From positions 17,958 to 81,957 of the forward strand of contig JBMCHT010000003.1 in NCBI GenBank assembly GCA_048617235.1: a DNA stretch of 64,000 nucleotides. Direction: 5' to 3'. Below are positions 9,199 through 18,745 of this stretch, piece by piece. The stretch comes from Patescibacteria group bacterium. Its GTDB lineage: Bacteria; Patescibacteriota; Minisyncoccia; Phycocordibacterales; XYD1-FULL-46-19. Every line of letters starts with the position of its first letter. The stretch's first letter is position 1. The notes below the pieces were generated by a model that saw nothing but the letters and a program-made list of their open reading frames with translations, was not told where the DNA came from and made no database searches. Made by a program: the position numbers and the translations under genes.

Positions 9199-9594
9199 CT
9201 ACTCAATTCTGATCTGATGCAAAATTTCCTTAATTTTAACCAAAGCTTGACCGGGCATAATCTCGGTTTTTAACCAGTAATCAATAGCTCCTTTTTTAAT
9301 ATACTTATCTTTAATTCCTTCTTCATATAAATTACTTAAAATAACCACCGGCACATCTTTGGTATCTTTGTCTTTTTTTAAAAACTTCAACACTTGACCG
9401 CCATCCATTTCGGCCATTACCAAATCCAAAAGGATAATATCCGGCTCTCCGGCTTTGGCAATAGCCAAACCGTCTTGACCATTGGTGGCTATCATTAAAT
9501 CCACCGAATCATCCAAATCAAAAAGAGTTTTATAAATATGAACTTGATCGGGATCATCTTCAATTAAAAGAACTCTATCTAATAGTTTTTGCAT
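9199..9594 (-). CDS. Single-domain response regulator (CheY-like receiver)
   Basis: LLIEDDPD...ILLDLVMAEMDG...VVILSNL receiver signature. 131 aa, no output domain. Confidence 0.85.
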   Translation of the reverse strand: MQKLLDRVLLIEDDPDQVHIYKTLFDLDDSVDLMIATNGQDGLAIAKAGEPDIILLDLVMAEMDGGQVLKFLKKDKDTKDVPVVILSNLYEEGIKDKYIKKGAIDYWLKTEIMPGQALVKIKEILHQIRIE

Positions 9595-9598
9595 AAAA

Positions 9599-11800
9599 TT
9601 ATTGTACCAAAGGAAAACTTAAAATGAAAATGGAGCCTTGACCGGCTTCGGATTCAAAACTAATTTGACCTCCCGGCTGGGCTTCGGTTATTTTTAAAAC
9701 TATAAACAAACCCAAACCCGAGCCATCGGTGTATAAATCAACCGCTTGGCGGCCACGAGCAAATTTTTTAAATATTTTATCTTGATCCTCAGCCGGAATC
9801 CCAATTCCGGTATCGCTAATTTTTATCATAACCCTACCCTTATCTTCTGTTAAATCAACCGTTACTTGACCGACCGGTGTGTAAATTAAGGCATTATCTA
9901 TAACATAAGCCAGGGCTTGTTTTAGATAATCGGCATGAGCTTTAATCTTTAACTCCTCAGACGGTTTATTAAATACCAATTCCAAATCCTTATCTTGAGC
10001 TTTAGTTGAGTTGGCTTTAACCACCTCGGCAACCAAATTAACTACATCAACTACTGCCAAGCGTTCCTCCCCCAAAGAAAAATGCCCGCTATCTATTTCT
10101 GAAGCTAATAAAATATCTCGAATTATCTGTTCCAATTTCCTGGATTTATAATAAATATTATCTATAAATTGTTTTTGTTTTTCCGGCGGTAGTTTGTCTA
10201 TACTACCTTCTTTAAACATAGAAATGGTTCCCAAGATAACCGAAACCGGGGTTCGTAATTGATGAGAAGCAATATTTAAAAATTCCGAACGCATTTTTAA
10301 CAATTTTTCCAGATGTTTTGTTTTAGCTCGTAATTCCGATGTTTGTTCATCCACCCTCTCCTGTAGGGTTTGATTAAACAATCTAATTTGCTCATATAAT
10401 AAGGAATTATCTATGGCAATACCGGCCGAAGCCGCCAAGGTTTGCAGCAACATAATATCTTCTTGAGAAAAAGGATTGCCGGAAGCTTTCTCACCCAAGA
10501 CCACCAAACCCACCAAGCGCGAACCGGAGATTAAAGGCATTAAACCGGCGGCGGGTATTTTCTCCAGATTATTTTTCCAAATTTCCGCAGATTGACTGCC
10601 GTCGGCTATATCTTGTTGGTAATTAATTAGCTCATCAGCTATCAATATTTGATTATGTTTTTCCAAAAATTCTCTTGCAACTTGAGTAAAAACCAATTGT
10701 TTAATATTTAAATCCTCAGCTTCAAAATTAAGTTGGAAAACTTGATGATCTTTATCCGCCTCTTTATTTAAAATTATTAAACCAGCTTTGGTTAAATCAA
10801 ATTCCCTATAAACAGTTTTAACGATTAAATCCGCTATTTGTTGTAAATCATTAAGATAATTTAATTCTCGAGCCAAACGATTAACGGATTCTTGAACCGA
10901 ATATAAAGAAACAAAAAAATATTTATTGGCCCAATCTTGAATCAGATTATAGAAATTATATAACAGGAAAACAAAAAACGGAGCCATTAACAAACCGGTT
11001 AAATAGGAAGCCGGAGTAAAAATTCCACCAAAAAAATAAATATAAAACCAAGCTATTAAATAAAAAAGGATATAAGTAAAAGCAGCCGCCAGAACATATA
11101 AATAAAGCCGTCTGAAGACGACTCTAATATCCATTAAACGGTAACGGAGGATGGCGTAGGCGACCGCCACAACATAAAAAGAAACCAAGATATTACCTAT
11201 AGGTAAAATTGGGATATCATACCAAAGAAAATAATTAGTCGAACCACCGGTAAAACCCACTATCATTCCCACTAATAAATATTTTATCTGACTTTTCACT
11301 ACTCCGGATAGCCGAGAATGATATTTGAATAAATAATAAGTGGCCAGCACGACATAGCCAAACCAAATAGGTAAAAAAATATTGAATAAGATCCCGGGCA
11401 CCGGCCAGAAATCAAACATTGCTCTGGAAGTAATTCCCGTAATAAAATGATTACTAAATAAATTTAAAACTAAAAACAGAAAAAATAAAAAATAACTACC
11501 CAATATAAAAAGTTTATAACTTTTGTTTATTTTTAATAAAACAAATACAAAATGTAAGTAAGCTACCGAGATAAAAATAGCCCAACTCATAAAAAATCTA
11601 GACCAAAACAAAGCAGTTTGAGCATCGGTTGACAATTGCCAGAAAAAATAACCCAGACTCCAACCGGCTATCAAAAAAGAAAACAAAGCAAAAGTTATAT
11701 ATAAAAGACGTTTAGGATTACGCAATAAAACAAAAAAACCCAAAACCAAACTGGTAATGAAATTTATTAAAGCTGATAAGGTGTAAAAAGTAAACAACAT
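9599..11800 (-). CDS. Sensor histidine kinase (multi-TM N-terminal sensor, GAF, HisKA, HATPase_c)
   Basis: About 9 TM helices, a GAF-like middle region, H-box ASHQLRTPVSVI, G-boxes DTGIGIP...GSGLGL. Confidence 0.88.
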   Translation of the reverse strand: MLFTFYTLSALINFITSLVLGFFVLLRNPKRLLYITFALFSFLIAGWSLGYFFWQLSTDAQTALFWSRFFMSWAIFISVAYLHFVFVLLKINKSYKLFILGSYFLFFLFLVLNLFSNHFITGITSRAMFDFWPVPGILFNIFLPIWFGYVVLATYYLFKYHSRLSGVVKSQIKYLLVGMIVGFTGGSTNYFLWYDIPILPIGNILVSFYVVAVAYAILRYRLMDIRVVFRRLYLYVLAAAFTYILFYLIAWFYIYFFGGIFTPASYLTGLLMAPFFVFLLYNFYNLIQDWANKYFFVSLYSVQESVNRLARELNYLNDLQQIADLIVKTVYREFDLTKAGLIILNKEADKDHQVFQLNFEAEDLNIKQLVFTQVAREFLEKHNQILIADELINYQQDIADGSQSAEIWKNNLEKIPAAGLMPLISGSRLVGLVVLGEKASGNPFSQEDIMLLQTLAASAGIAIDNSLLYEQIRLFNQTLQERVDEQTSELRAKTKHLEKLLKMRSEFLNIASHQLRTPVSVILGTISMFKEGSIDKLPPEKQKQFIDNIYYKSRKLEQIIRDILLASEIDSGHFSLGEERLAVVDVVNLVAEVVKANSTKAQDKDLELVFNKPSEELKIKAHADYLKQALAYVIDNALIYTPVGQVTVDLTEDKGRVMIKISDTGIGIPAEDQDKIFKKFARGRQAVDLYTDGSGLGLFIVLKITEAQPGGQISFESEAGQGSIFILSFPLVQ

Positions 11801-11850
11801 ACAAAACCGGTGGAATGTTATTATTATAACACGCCACCGGCTGATGAAAA

Positions 11851-12786
11851 CTATTCAACCTGCCCCACAGCTACGCCGTGAATTTTGTGCGGTTCGTAAA
11901 CCAGTCGAACCGACACAAAACCGGATCGAAGGAGGATTCTCGCCAAACGATCCGGCCAACGATAAATCATCGGCCAGTCAATCACTTGGTACAAGAACCA
12001 TCGCTCACTGTTGGGAGCAATGTTGCAGGTCAGGAAAACTCCCCCCGGCGGCAAGGCCGAGTGAATTTGACTCAGCAGTTTCTCCGCCTTGTCATCAGGC
12101 AGATAATCCAGCAACCCCATCATCTCTACGATGTGAGGAGCGAATTCCCGACTGATTTCCAAGACATTGGAAACCGTCTCCCGGCGAACCTCCACTTGAG
12201 AGGAAACACCGGAATCTTGAGCCAACCCTTGAGCAAAGTCCAGGGCTGTCTGGTCACGATCAACCAACAGCACTCGAACCGTTACCCCTTTGGCTTTGAA
12301 ATCTGCCACCGTCTTAATGACCGACTCCGCCGACCCGCAAGCTAGTGAGAGAATCCGAATTTCCGATTCCCGTCGAAATCGATTGACTGCCTCCGCCAGC
12401 TCGGCACAAGCAATTTTGTATCGATTGCGAACCGCCTGGGCGTTTCGCATACCGATCCAAAAATCGTCAACCAAATTTCCTGAGAAATCGTGGTTATAGA
12501 TCAAGTGAAGCGCCCTCCAAGAAGCCGCTCCTTGACGGATGGCTAAAGTCTTTCGACCCCAGCCATCAAACCACGAAGAATTATAGATCGGGGAACCCCA
12601 ACCCATAACCCTATAGACAGTCTTCTTGAAGAAAGTCACCAGCGCCAACACCATCATCACCGGAGCCACCAGATGAAACCAGAGACTCTGTTCAAACTCC
12701 AACCGATCGATTGGTCGAAGTTTTTCTCTTTTGACTTCCCTCACCGAACAATTCGGTAAGGAAGCCATTTCTAATTTATAAGACAT
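11851..12786 (-). CDS. Putative class I SAM-dependent methyltransferase with N-terminal TM helix, on GC-rich island
   Basis: Motif I-like ILSLACGSAE. GC-rich. SD GAGAGGAGG 6 nt before the internal ATG at 12786 (MSYKLEMASL); the ORF track begins at 12873. Confidence 0.5.
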   Translation of the reverse strand: MSYKLEMASLPNCSVREVKREKLRPIDRLEFEQSLWFHLVAPVMMVLALVTFFKKTVYRVMGWGSPIYNSSWFDGWGRKTLAIRQGAASWRALHLIYNHDFSGNLVDDFWIGMRNAQAVRNRYKIACAELAEAVNRFRRESEIRILSLACGSAESVIKTVADFKAKGVTVRVLLVDRDQTALDFAQGLAQDSGVSSQVEVRRETVSNVLEISREFAPHIVEMMGLLDYLPDDKAEKLLSQIHSALPPGGVFLTCNIAPNSERWFLYQVIDWPMIYRWPDRLARILLRSGFVSVRLVYEPHKIHGVAVGQVE

Positions 12787-12915
12787 AGGAGTCCTCCTCT
12801 CAAGGTTGGTTTTTTGTTGACAAACACCTAGACCACTTGAAGTATAACACATATTAAAAAATAAATCAAACAAAAGAAAAAGCGTCTATTGGTTACCCCA
12901 ACAAACGCTTTGAAA

Positions 12916-14067
12916 TCAAAAACTGAAAGACATGCCGACAGTCAAAATTTCCGAAGAAAATTTTACCCTCGGATGCCCGGCTCGAACCGAACCTTGGCCA
13001 TAAGCGACAAAAATTGACCGCTCAAGCTTTGATCCAATTTTTGTCAACTGAAAAGCCAAATTCCAACCGGACATATCGGGAATCAGGGTACTGACTCGAT
13101 TATCCGGCACCGCTTGAGTCATGTAATTCCAACCCAGACTCATTCGCCAGTTATCGTTCAGCTCTGCCTTCATTCCCAAGTGATATGTCCGATTGTCTTT
13201 CCAGCCCAAAGGTAAACCAATGGCCGGCAAACGATTAAAATCCAATCGCAATTCTCGATTACGACCGGAATAACCGTAATGAGCCCAATCAGCCAACAGG
13301 ATTATCCGAGGAGATATTCGGTATTCCAGTCCTACCTGGAGCCTATCAGGAAAAGTGTATTGGCTGTCAAACCGATCACTTATCCCTAAAGGTAGATTGG
13401 TCCGACCGGACAAGTTGGCAGTTTGAGTTGAAGTGTAAGAAAGCCCCAATCTCCATTGTGAAGACATTTGGTATTGCAATCCCACTTGCCAACCCAAACC
13501 AAAACCGATAGCCCCACTCTCGGCTTTTAACGGCCACCTAATGCCGGCTAACTCCAGCGGTGCTTCATAGACAAGCTCAGCTTGTCCGACATGAACAGTC
13601 AAACCCAAGGCCAAGCGTTGACTGGCTTGCCAACCAAAGCCGATTGAAGCATTTACCAGAGATAATTCAGACCTGGTATTCATGAACCACTGTTCGGGAT
13701 TTCTATCAAATTCCGCTCCCAAACCGTAAGGAACACAAATACCACCGGCCAAAACTAACCTATCCGTTAGTGGTAAAACCCCGGAAACAAAAGGTAGATC
13801 ATACGGTTCTCCCCCGGACCGACGATTACCCTTTTGACCTCGGTAATGAAAACGAGCATCAACTCGTTCCCATCCAACCATTAAAGCTTTTGATTGAGCT
13901 CCGGCCCAAGCAGCCGGATTGTAGTAGTGACCACCGAAAGGATCAGCAGTCGCCACATAAGCGCCACTGGTACCGATAGCCGGTCCCACTCCGCCTACTC
14001 GATTAAGCCCGCCGGCTTCAGCTATCATCGGGAAGATAGCCAAAACCAAAACTATCAAGAATCTCAC
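12916..14067 (-). CDS. Outer-membrane beta-barrel transporter, FadL/OmpP1/TodX family
   Basis: GTG start with SD AAGGAGAG. Signal peptide MRFLIVLVLAIFPMIAEA. N-terminal hatch with NPA motif (HYYNPAAWAG). Alternating amphipathic beta-strands. C-terminal ...GMSFSF aromatic terminus. GC-rich. Confidence 0.7.
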   Translation of the reverse strand: MRFLIVLVLAIFPMIAEAGGLNRVGGVGPAIGTSGAYVATADPFGGHYYNPAAWAGAQSKALMVGWERVDARFHYRGQKGNRRSGGEPYDLPFVSGVLPLTDRLVLAGGICVPYGLGAEFDRNPEQWFMNTRSELSLVNASIGFGWQASQRLALGLTVHVGQAELVYEAPLELAGIRWPLKAESGAIGFGLGWQVGLQYQMSSQWRLGLSYTSTQTANLSGRTNLPLGISDRFDSQYTFPDRLQVGLEYRISPRIILLADWAHYGYSGRNRELRLDFNRLPAIGLPLGWKDNRTYHLGMKAELNDNWRMSLGWNYMTQAVPDNRVSTLIPDMSGWNLAFQLTKIGSKLERSIFVAYGQGSVRAGHPRVKFSSEILTVGMSFSF

Positions 14068-14100
14068 CTGACTCTCCTTTTTTGTTAAGTACCTATACCT

Positions 14101-14137
14101 TTTTTGTTATACAAAAGATTTACACATTTCACAACCT
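14101..14137 (-). promoter_or_regulatory. Candidate sigma70-like promoter for the OMP gene (TTGTGA-17 nt-TATAAC, minus strand)
   Basis: Minus-strand sequence GGTTGTGAAATGTGTAAATCTTTTGTATAAC sits about 35 nt upstream of the SD/GTG of the OMP gene. Confidence 0.3.
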
Positions 14138-14144
14138 AAAAATC

Positions 14145-14741
14145 CTAGGCCTCATCCACCCCAAAACGTTTGTAGTTATAAATCGGGCTATCACCAAACC
14201 ATAATTTTATTTCATGTTCAGCTTCTTCCGGAGTTTCGGAAGCATGAACCAAATTCATAACCGCTCTTTTTTCTTTATTGGCCAACAAAGGTGAGTCAGC
14301 TGAAAAATCTCCGCGAATAGTTCCCATATCCGCCTGATAAGGCAAAGTCGGTCCAGCAATCTTTCGAACCATGTCTATGGCGTGAATACCTTGAATCACC
14401 ATTCTAACCATCGGAGCCGAGGTCATATAATCAACAATCCAAGTTCTAACCTCTTTACCTATTTCCGAAGGATCAGCGGTGCCAATTTCTTTTTCAGGAT
14501 CATAGCCGTATTTTTCGTAAGTACCCAAAGTTTTCTCTCCCAAACGAGCAATCCACTTTTCAGACTTAGGATAATGATTATCTATTTGTTCATAAGTCGG
14601 TTGAAACATTTCCAAAGCCACAATTTTTAAATCTCGCTGTTCTATTCTTTTTATTATCTCTCCCACCAAACCTTTACGAACACCATCGGGCTTAACCATT
14701 AAAAATGTTTTTTCTTCTTTAGGATTATATGACATAAGCAA
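14145..14741 (-). CDS. ndk: Nucleoside diphosphate kinase (long form, 198 aa)
   Basis: KTFLMVKPDGVRKGLVGEII N-terminal NDK motif. Extra inserts relative to the canonical ~140-aa enzyme. Confidence 0.8.
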   Translation of the reverse strand: MLMSYNPKEEKTFLMVKPDGVRKGLVGEIIKRIEQRDLKIVALEMFQPTYEQIDNHYPKSEKWIARLGEKTLGTYEKYGYDPEKEIGTADPSEIGKEVRTWIVDYMTSAPMVRMVIQGIHAIDMVRKIAGPTLPYQADMGTIRGDFSADSPLLANKEKRAVMNLVHASETPEEAEHEIKLWFGDSPIYNYKRFGVDEA

Positions 14742-14767
14742 TTAAAAACTTAAATAGTAATTTAAAA

Positions 14768-15538
14768 TTATTCTGGAGCAGTTAGAATTAAAGGACCGTC
14801 TTCGGTTATAGCGATTGTATGTTCAAAATGTGCGCTTATACTACCATCTGCCGTTAAAAAAGTAAAATCATCATCAGCTAATTTTATTTGATCGGTTCCT
14901 AAACTAATCATCGGCTCTAAAGCCAAAACCAAACCCGGTTTTAAAACAGGACCGGTGCCGGCTCGGCCGTAATTAGGGACTAAAGGTCCTTCATGAACTT
15001 CAAAACCGACTCCGTGACCGGCTAAATCTCTGATTAACCCATAACCCTTCGGTAAAACAAAATCGGCTATAGATTGTCCAATACTACCTATGGTAGCTCC
15101 GGCTACAGCTGAGTTTATGCCACGTTTAAGAGCCCCTTTGGTATCTTGCACCAATTGTTTAGTTTTGTTATCACAATCGGGCATACAAACGGTTATGGCA
15201 TGATCTGTATATAAATTTTCATAAACCAAACCCATATCCAAAGTGACCACATCATCAGAGGTAATCACTGTTTCGGTCGGTAAACCATGAACTATTTCTT
15301 CATTTAAAGAAATACAAACCGCTGCCGGATACGGTCGGGAAGCACCGGTTGGCTTATAACCCAAAAAAGCCGGCCGACCACCTTCAGCCTCCGCCCACTG
15401 TCTGGCCCAGATATCTAATTGTTTAGTCGGCAAACCCGGCTCCACTTTTTCAATCAATTTATTTAAAATGCGAGCCAGTTTTATCCCTCCTTGACGTAAT
15501 TTGACTATATCCGCTTCGGTTTTTAATCTAATAGACAT
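14768..15538 (-). CDS. map: Methionine aminopeptidase type I
   Basis: 256 aa with the characteristic metal-ligand pattern (D, D, H, E, E) of M24A. Located after adk-secY. Confidence 0.9.
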   Translation of the reverse strand: MSIRLKTEADIVKLRQGGIKLARILNKLIEKVEPGLPTKQLDIWARQWAEAEGGRPAFLGYKPTGASRPYPAAVCISLNEEIVHGLPTETVITSDDVVTLDMGLVYENLYTDHAITVCMPDCDNKTKQLVQDTKGALKRGINSAVAGATIGSIGQSIADFVLPKGYGLIRDLAGHGVGFEVHEGPLVPNYGRAGTGPVLKPGLVLALEPMISLGTDQIKLADDDFTFLTADGSISAHFEHTIAITEDGPLILTAPE

Positions 15539-15543
15539 TAAAA

Positions 15544-16179
15544 CTATCCCTGCTTATCTTCTCCCCTGATATAATCCCATAAAAGCTCATGAATGGCTTC
15601 CGGCGATAATTCTCCGTCAATTTCAATATAAGTATATAAATCTTCATCATAATATCTTTCAATTACCGGAGCCACATCAGAATCAAACCAATCCAAACGA
15701 CTATTAATTAATTCGGCTTGACGATCATCAGCTCGACCACGATCGGTTAAACGTTTAACCGATTCTTCCCGGGAAACTTGTAAATTTATTACCGCTACCC
15801 GAGTATGACCATAAAAAAGCAAAGCCGTTTCCAAGGCCAAAGCTTCCGGTAAAGATCGAGGCGTTCCATCAAATAATAACCAATCAGCTGAAGATTTAAC
15901 CTGATCTATTAAAAATTGAGCCCAAGTCCAAACAGCTAAAAAAGCCGGCAATCTTTTACCTTCGGCCATCAATTGCTTAGCCTGATTACCGGAAAAAGAA
16001 TCGTCTTCAATAAATTTTCTTAAACGTTGACCGGTTTCCACATACAAAATATCTTTATCAAAGGTTTTTTGGAGTCTTTGGCTCAACATTTTAGCCTGAG
16101 TTCCTTTACCGCAACCGGAACGGCCAATAAAAATATAAACAGTTGGTAAATTACTTGACTCGGATTCTGCTGACGACAT
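15544..16179 (-). CDS. adk: Adenylate kinase
   Basis: P-loop GRSGCGKGTQA. 211 aa. Canonical position after secY. Confidence 0.9.
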   Translation of the reverse strand: MSSAESESSNLPTVYIFIGRSGCGKGTQAKMLSQRLQKTFDKDILYVETGQRLRKFIEDDSFSGNQAKQLMAEGKRLPAFLAVWTWAQFLIDQVKSSADWLLFDGTPRSLPEALALETALLFYGHTRVAVINLQVSREESVKRLTDRGRADDRQAELINSRLDWFDSDVAPVIERYYDEDLYTYIEIDGELSPEAIHELLWDYIRGEDKQG

Positions 16180-16209
16180 AAATTTTTATTTTAAATTAAT
16201 TTTAAATTA

Positions 16210-16425
16210 CTACCAAAAGAAAACAGCAATCACAACAGCTAAACCAAAGGCCAAAAAAGAAAAGACAAACATCAATACATTAGCTTTATGTTCACCGTCT
16301 ATCAAACCACCGGATATTTTAACTAACCAACCGGCCAAACCGGTAGTAGATTTGGGTGGTCTAACTAATTTTTCTTCTTCTTCGGATTCAAAAATAACTT
16401 CATTGGACATAAAGTCATTATACAA
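16210..16425 (-). CDS. Small hypothetical membrane protein (C-terminal TM helix) between secY and adk
   Basis: 71-aa ORF: acidic N-terminus, single C-terminal hydrophobic helix. Confidence 0.35.
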   Translation of the reverse strand: MYNDFMSNEVIFESEEEEKLVRPPKSTTGLAGWLVKISGGLIDGEHKANVLMFVFSFLAFGLAVVIAVFFW

Positions 16426-16457
16426 ATTATCTAAACCAGCAACAAGTTAAATATATT

Positions 16458-17750
16458 TTAATACTCTCGCATGGTAATCTGAGCATCGATTTTTTTCACT
16501 AAATCCAAGGTTACAGACACCACAATCAATAATCCGGTTCCTCCTAAAGCCAAAGCGGTTTGACCGGTAACCGATTGCATAATAAATGGTAGAACGGCAA
16601 TAAAACCCAAAAAGACAGCCCCAATAAAAGTTAAACGAGCTACAATACCGGCTATATAGTTAGCAGTGGTTTGACCGGGACGGATTCCCGGTACATAAGC
16701 TCCGCTTTTTTGTAAATTGGTAGCCACTTTATTGGGCTCAAAAGTAATAGCCGAATAAAAGAAAGTAAAAGCAAAAACCAAAGCAAAATAGAAAGCCCCA
16801 TAAAGCCACATATTATTAACAAACATTTCCAGCCACATTACTACTGTTTGAGCCACAGAACTAGAGGCCTCCCCCAATAAATTAACCAACATTTGAGGAA
16901 ATAATAAAATAGATAAAGCGAAAATTATTGGCATTACTCCGGCATTATTAAGTCTAATCGGCAAATAAGTGGCAATACCGGCAGCTGATCTTTGCCCTCT
17001 GATACTTCTAGAATAAGTAATAGGGATAGGTCTTTCGGCTTCAGTTACAGCCACCACTCCGCCAACAATCGCCACCGCCGCTACCGTAAAGCCAAGATAT
17101 ATAGGTAATTGAGCCGGATCAAAAGTGATAATTACTTGATAAATAGTACTGGGTAAAGAAGCTACAATACCGGCAAAAATTAAAATAGAAACACCATTAC
17201 CTATACCGTATTGCGAAATTTGTTCTCCCAACCACATTAACAATATGGAGCCGGCGGCCACAATAATCACACTGGAGATTAATTGCCAACCGACTAAATC
17301 CGGTAAAAAACCTTCTCTCTGCAAAAGAACCAATAAACCGACCGCTTGCAATATAGCCAAGGGAACTGTTAATAACCTAGAATATTGATTAAATTTTTGG
17401 CGACCTGCTTCACCTTCTTCATGATACATCTCCTTCATTCGCGATGACACCACAGTCGATAGTTGCATAATAATGGCAGCGGTAATAAAAGGTCCCACCC
17501 CCAACATCATAATAGACAAATTGGATAAACCGCCACCGGAAAAAATATTCAACAAACCGAAGAATTGATTATCTAAAATATTAACCAAGACCGCCCTATC
17601 CACTCCCGGAATGGGAATAGTGGCTCCTACTCGAAATAAAGTTAAAATTCCAACAATAAACAATAAACGGTTACGCAAGCCGGAATCTCTTCCAATCATT
17701 TTTAATTTTAAAAACAAAGCTGACATAATTTTATAGTTTAATTTCTCCAC
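16458..17750 (-). CDS. secY: Preprotein translocase subunit SecY
   Basis: 10-TM SecY architecture. 430 aa. Follows rplO. Confidence 0.95.
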   Translation of the reverse strand: MEKLNYKIMSALFLKLKMIGRDSGLRNRLLFIVGILTLFRVGATIPIPGVDRAVLVNILDNQFFGLLNIFSGGGLSNLSIMMLGVGPFITAAIIMQLSTVVSSRMKEMYHEEGEAGRQKFNQYSRLLTVPLAILQAVGLLVLLQREGFLPDLVGWQLISSVIIVAAGSILLMWLGEQISQYGIGNGVSILIFAGIVASLPSTIYQVIITFDPAQLPIYLGFTVAAVAIVGGVVAVTEAERPIPITYSRSIRGQRSAAGIATYLPIRLNNAGVMPIIFALSILLFPQMLVNLLGEASSSVAQTVVMWLEMFVNNMWLYGAFYFALVFAFTFFYSAITFEPNKVATNLQKSGAYVPGIRPGQTTANYIAGIVARLTFIGAVFLGFIAVLPFIMQSVTGQTALALGGTGLLIVVSVTLDLVKKIDAQITMREY

Positions 17751-18165
17751 CGGCTTTTTCTATCACCTGACGAGCTGTATCCGATAATAAACAATTGGAA
17801 ACCACTACTGAATGACCCAGATGGCCTTTACCTAAGATTTTAACCACCGGTAAAACACCGGAACGCTTTCTAATTAAACCGGCTCGAAATAGGGTTTTAG
17901 GACTAACCTGTTCTCCAGCTTTAAAGGTTTTATTAATCTCCGATAAATTAATCGGAGTAGCAGTAAGTCGATGACTAGAAAATTTATAACCACGGTGTTT
18001 AGGTAATTTTTTAATCGTATCCCTCATTTCCGGTCTAATTTTTCGACCGGCTCTGGCTTTTTGTCCTTTCATTCCCTTACCGGATGTTTTACCACGAGTA
18101 CCACCTCGGCCTATTTGCCTGGAAACAGCTCTTTTAGTGTTACGTTTTATTTGATGAATTTGCAT
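17731..18165 (-). CDS. rplO: 50S ribosomal protein L15
   Basis: Gly/Arg-rich N-terminus (GRGGTRGKTSGKGMKGQKARAG). 144 aa. Confidence 0.92.
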   Translation of the reverse strand: MQIHQIKRNTKRAVSRQIGRGGTRGKTSGKGMKGQKARAGRKIRPEMRDTIKKLPKHRGYKFSSHRLTATPINLSEINKTFKAGEQVSPKTLFRAGLIRKRSGVLPVVKILGKGHLGHSVVVSNCLLSDTARQVIEKAGGEIKL

Positions 18166-18202
18166 AAGACTGAAATTTTATCTTTAAATAAGAATAATGA
18201 AT

Positions 18203-18730
18203 CTATTTCTCTACCACTTTATTATTTTCTTTAAATTCAGACAAGGCCAAAATTGCCACTTGAGCATTATTAAGTTTGTTTTTGGTTCGTGAAATAAACT
18301 TACCATTGACATCATTAATACCGGCCAAATGTAAAACCGTTCTCAAAGAACTACCGGCAATCAAACCCCGACCGGCTGCCGGCTGTAAATAAACTTTGGA
18401 AGATTTAAATTTAGCCGAGACTTCATGAGGAATAGAACGATCTTCTGTTAATTTAAGTTTGATCACATTTTTTTGAGCTTTGGTAATAGCTTTGGCAATA
18501 GCTGCCGCTGTATCTCCGGCTTTACCAACTCCCACTCCCACTCGGCCTCGTTTATCTCCCACTATAACGGTAGCTGAAAAACTAAAACGACGACCACCGG
18601 CCATCACTCTGGTGACTCGACGAATATCTACCACCTGATGATCAAATTCAGATTTTTCCATCTGGCGACGACCGGTCTGCCGACGTCCGGTTTTATTTAT
18701 TTTTGTTTTTTCAGCTGTTTGTGTAGACAT
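18203..18730 (-). CDS. rpsE: 30S ribosomal protein S5
   Basis: dsRBD plus S5 C-domain. 175 aa. No L30 gene lies between it and rplO. Confidence 0.93.
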   Translation of the reverse strand: MSTQTAEKTKINKTGRRQTGRRQMEKSEFDHQVVDIRRVTRVMAGGRRFSFSATVIVGDKRGRVGVGVGKAGDTAAAIAKAITKAQKNVIKLKLTEDRSIPHEVSAKFKSSKVYLQPAAGRGLIAGSSLRTVLHLAGINDVNGKFISRTKNKLNNAQVAILALSEFKENNKVVEK

Positions 18731-18745
18731 AAATATTTAAATTAT

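Noticed and set aside
11844-12499. Plus-strand ORFs 11844-12155, 11878-12345, 12290-12499
   Set aside because: Antisense to the methyltransferase on the GC-rich island. Arg/Pro-rich compositions indicate shadow frames.
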